Positions 35,557 to 37,439 of a stretch of 37,439 nucleotides of DNA are shown piece by piece. Below the pieces are notes generated by a model. That model did no database searches and had not been told where the DNA came from. It saw only the letters and a program-made list of their open reading frames with translations. Both the position numbers and the translations under genes were made by a program. This stretch comes from Octopus bimaculoides (Eukaryota), in NCBI RefSeq assembly GCF_001194135.2, contig NC_068982.1:24042390-24079828 (forward strand), read 5' to 3'. The number at the start of each line of letters is the position of its first letter. Position 1 is the stretch's first letter.

Positions 35557-37249
35557 GTAACTTGAGAAAGAGATCGATTCAAATTCTAAAGTCAAACATA
35601 TTTTATTATGACAACAAAGTATATGTATATATCGGACCAATGATGGACTGGCAAAGTCTAATCATAACAATACTATGCGTGCAGGAACATATCAAGAGAT
35701 GGCGAAGCATGACAACTGTTGCATTTGAATCTACAGGCGAAAATTTCACTGTAATTGAAAAATAATTTATGTTATATATATATAAAAGAATTCTAAATGT
35801 TTTGTACATTACCGTTCAAATATACCATTGAGCGTAGTGTCTAACAATGCCCAACGCCATCGTATATTGAGTATTTCCACCTCACTGTTAGAATCTATAG
35901 CGGCGGTTCATAAATTTAACCAAATAATTATGATGATAATTAGCGACAGGAATAGGCCGTTTTTTAGTTGAAATAATAAGATATACAGATCAAAGTCTTC
36001 ATCCTTTTTTGGGGACTTTAATTTGGTAGTTGTTGATTTGATAGATGTTATATATATATAGCGATGTGAAAAGTATAAACTCTTACAAAGAGCAGTGAAT
36101 AATAACTAAACACTACACGAGGATGTTTGTTTTTCACAGACTATTTGCCATTGAGCATTGTTTTGGTAATTCCGATTACCAAAATTCAGGTAATTAATCT
36201 TATTCTCTAAACATATCCAAAGATAATGTCTATCACAACCAGCTTCGACTGAGAAATACCTGACAAGTTCTGAAGTATTTGAATGCCTGCCGGGCGTCTT
36301 AATGCTTGTCGATGTTTTCATAAAGAAAAAACGTTGCGGGGTTTCTACGTTCTACATTTCAAATTCTATCCAATCTTGTCAATTTCATAGGATTTAAACA
36401 AGGTGATGACCTTATTATACCTTATTTCAGCTTTCATTTCAGTCATTTCATTGACGTTATGCTGTCTTCAAAACACACTAATATATAGCGGTGTGATCCG
36501 AATCAATACATTTGGGTCTAAGGGATTATAACACAAACTGCTATTGGTGGTAAAGATTTGAAAATATCGGTTTGCTGAGGACCGAATTTGCTCAGGAGAG
36601 GAAATAATTTTGAGATGTAAGGCTACCACAATTCATTTGAATGCAGCTAGTCAAACACGAAATAATGATTTTAGAAATTTTAATATAGTTTTTCCTTTCG
36701 AATTGTGGGTACATTATTCACCCAATCAAAGAAAGAAAATAATGGCATATTAGAAGCAAGGTCTTGATACTGAGAGTGAAGAGAAGTTGGAATACGCAAG
36801 AATACAAACAACATAACTTATTTACGTTATATTACACTATAGAATAAAAGCAAAAAGCAACTGTAAGTATAAAAGGAGCGGGAATATTTCATTCCTGAAG
36901 GAACAGTGAATATTTCCCTGAGGTAATTACCTTCCATATTCAAAAATATGGATCAGTAATTATGGCATTACTAGGTTTGCGATAACATGCAATGCATCTA
37001 CTTCAGTTGTACATGCGAAACAGATGGTAGAGAAATTGCTTATCATTGAATGCACTGATTATTACTAAGAGCACACTGTAATTTAACATTAAAATTACAT
37101 TATATATTCGCATAACCTTAATATATTGACATAGTTACACGAGGTTAAATTAAAAATCCCTAAAGATAAGAGTTGAGTTCCAAGCAAAAGCACCGATGCT
37201 GCTGTATACGTACATACATACATACACACGACCGTTGACTGAACACTAT

Positions 37250-37420
37250 TCAATTTTTGTTCTCCGTGTTGTTCTCCTTGTCTCCGTATTCTTTCTGTTG
37301 AAGAGCGTAGTTCGAAACGTCAAAGACTTTCCGTATTCCCGAGCGTCATACTAATATATCCTTTTGTTATTTACACCACCTGTCCTCGTATGTTGTTATT
37401 ATTTGTATATTCTCCCATAT
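37250..37420 (+). mobile_element. Solo PLE-type terminal repeat fragment
   Basis: ttctccgtgttgttctccttgtctccgtattctttctgttgaagagcgtagttcgaaacgtcaaagactttcc... resembles an abundant octopus repeat as I recall it; it carries a hammerhead-like motif and ends at (AT)n. Confidence 0.65.
37290..37326 (+). ncRNA. Minimal type I hammerhead ribozyme-like motif
   Basis: UCUUU (helix I) - CUGUUGA-A - GAGC gua GUUC (helix II) - GAAAC GUC - AAAGA (helix I partner). All helices pair; the core has U at the normally invariant A6. Confidence 0.6.
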
Positions 37421-37439
37421 ATATATGTATGTATATATA

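Noticed and set aside
1-37439. CRISPR array, rRNA, telomeric repeats, prokaryotic defence system
   Set aside because: No regularly spaced repeat-spacer structure, rRNA motifs, TTAGGG arrays or operon-like ORF density; the sequence is repeat-rich animal DNA.

Overview
AT-rich, microsatellite-dense eukaryotic DNA from a gapped short-read assembly with 13 N-runs. It is most consistent with an octopod cephalopod: I recognise an octopus-type tRNA-derived SINE and an octopus-type R4/Dong 3' tail from memory, not from a database search. The confident content is all decayed mobile DNA: two SINE copies, two stacked R4/Dong-type LINE 3' ends, an RTE-type endonuclease fragment, several Penelope-like (PLE) pieces (RT, GIY-YIG endonuclease, termini), two internally deleted mariner copies and a 178-bp mariner MITE. 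I could not identify a host gene, tRNA, rRNA or CRISPR array. Nearly all long ORFs in the supplied track are artefacts of N-gaps or microsatellites. The best leads are a structurally intact minimal hammerhead-ribozyme-like motif in a PLE terminus (37290-37326), a Dong element apparently inserted into the (ACAT)n tail of another, and a 125-bp loop-less palindrome (25923-26047). Several low-confidence candidate exons, some LRR-like, need RNA-seq or homology tests. All family assignments rest on manual translation and motif recognition.
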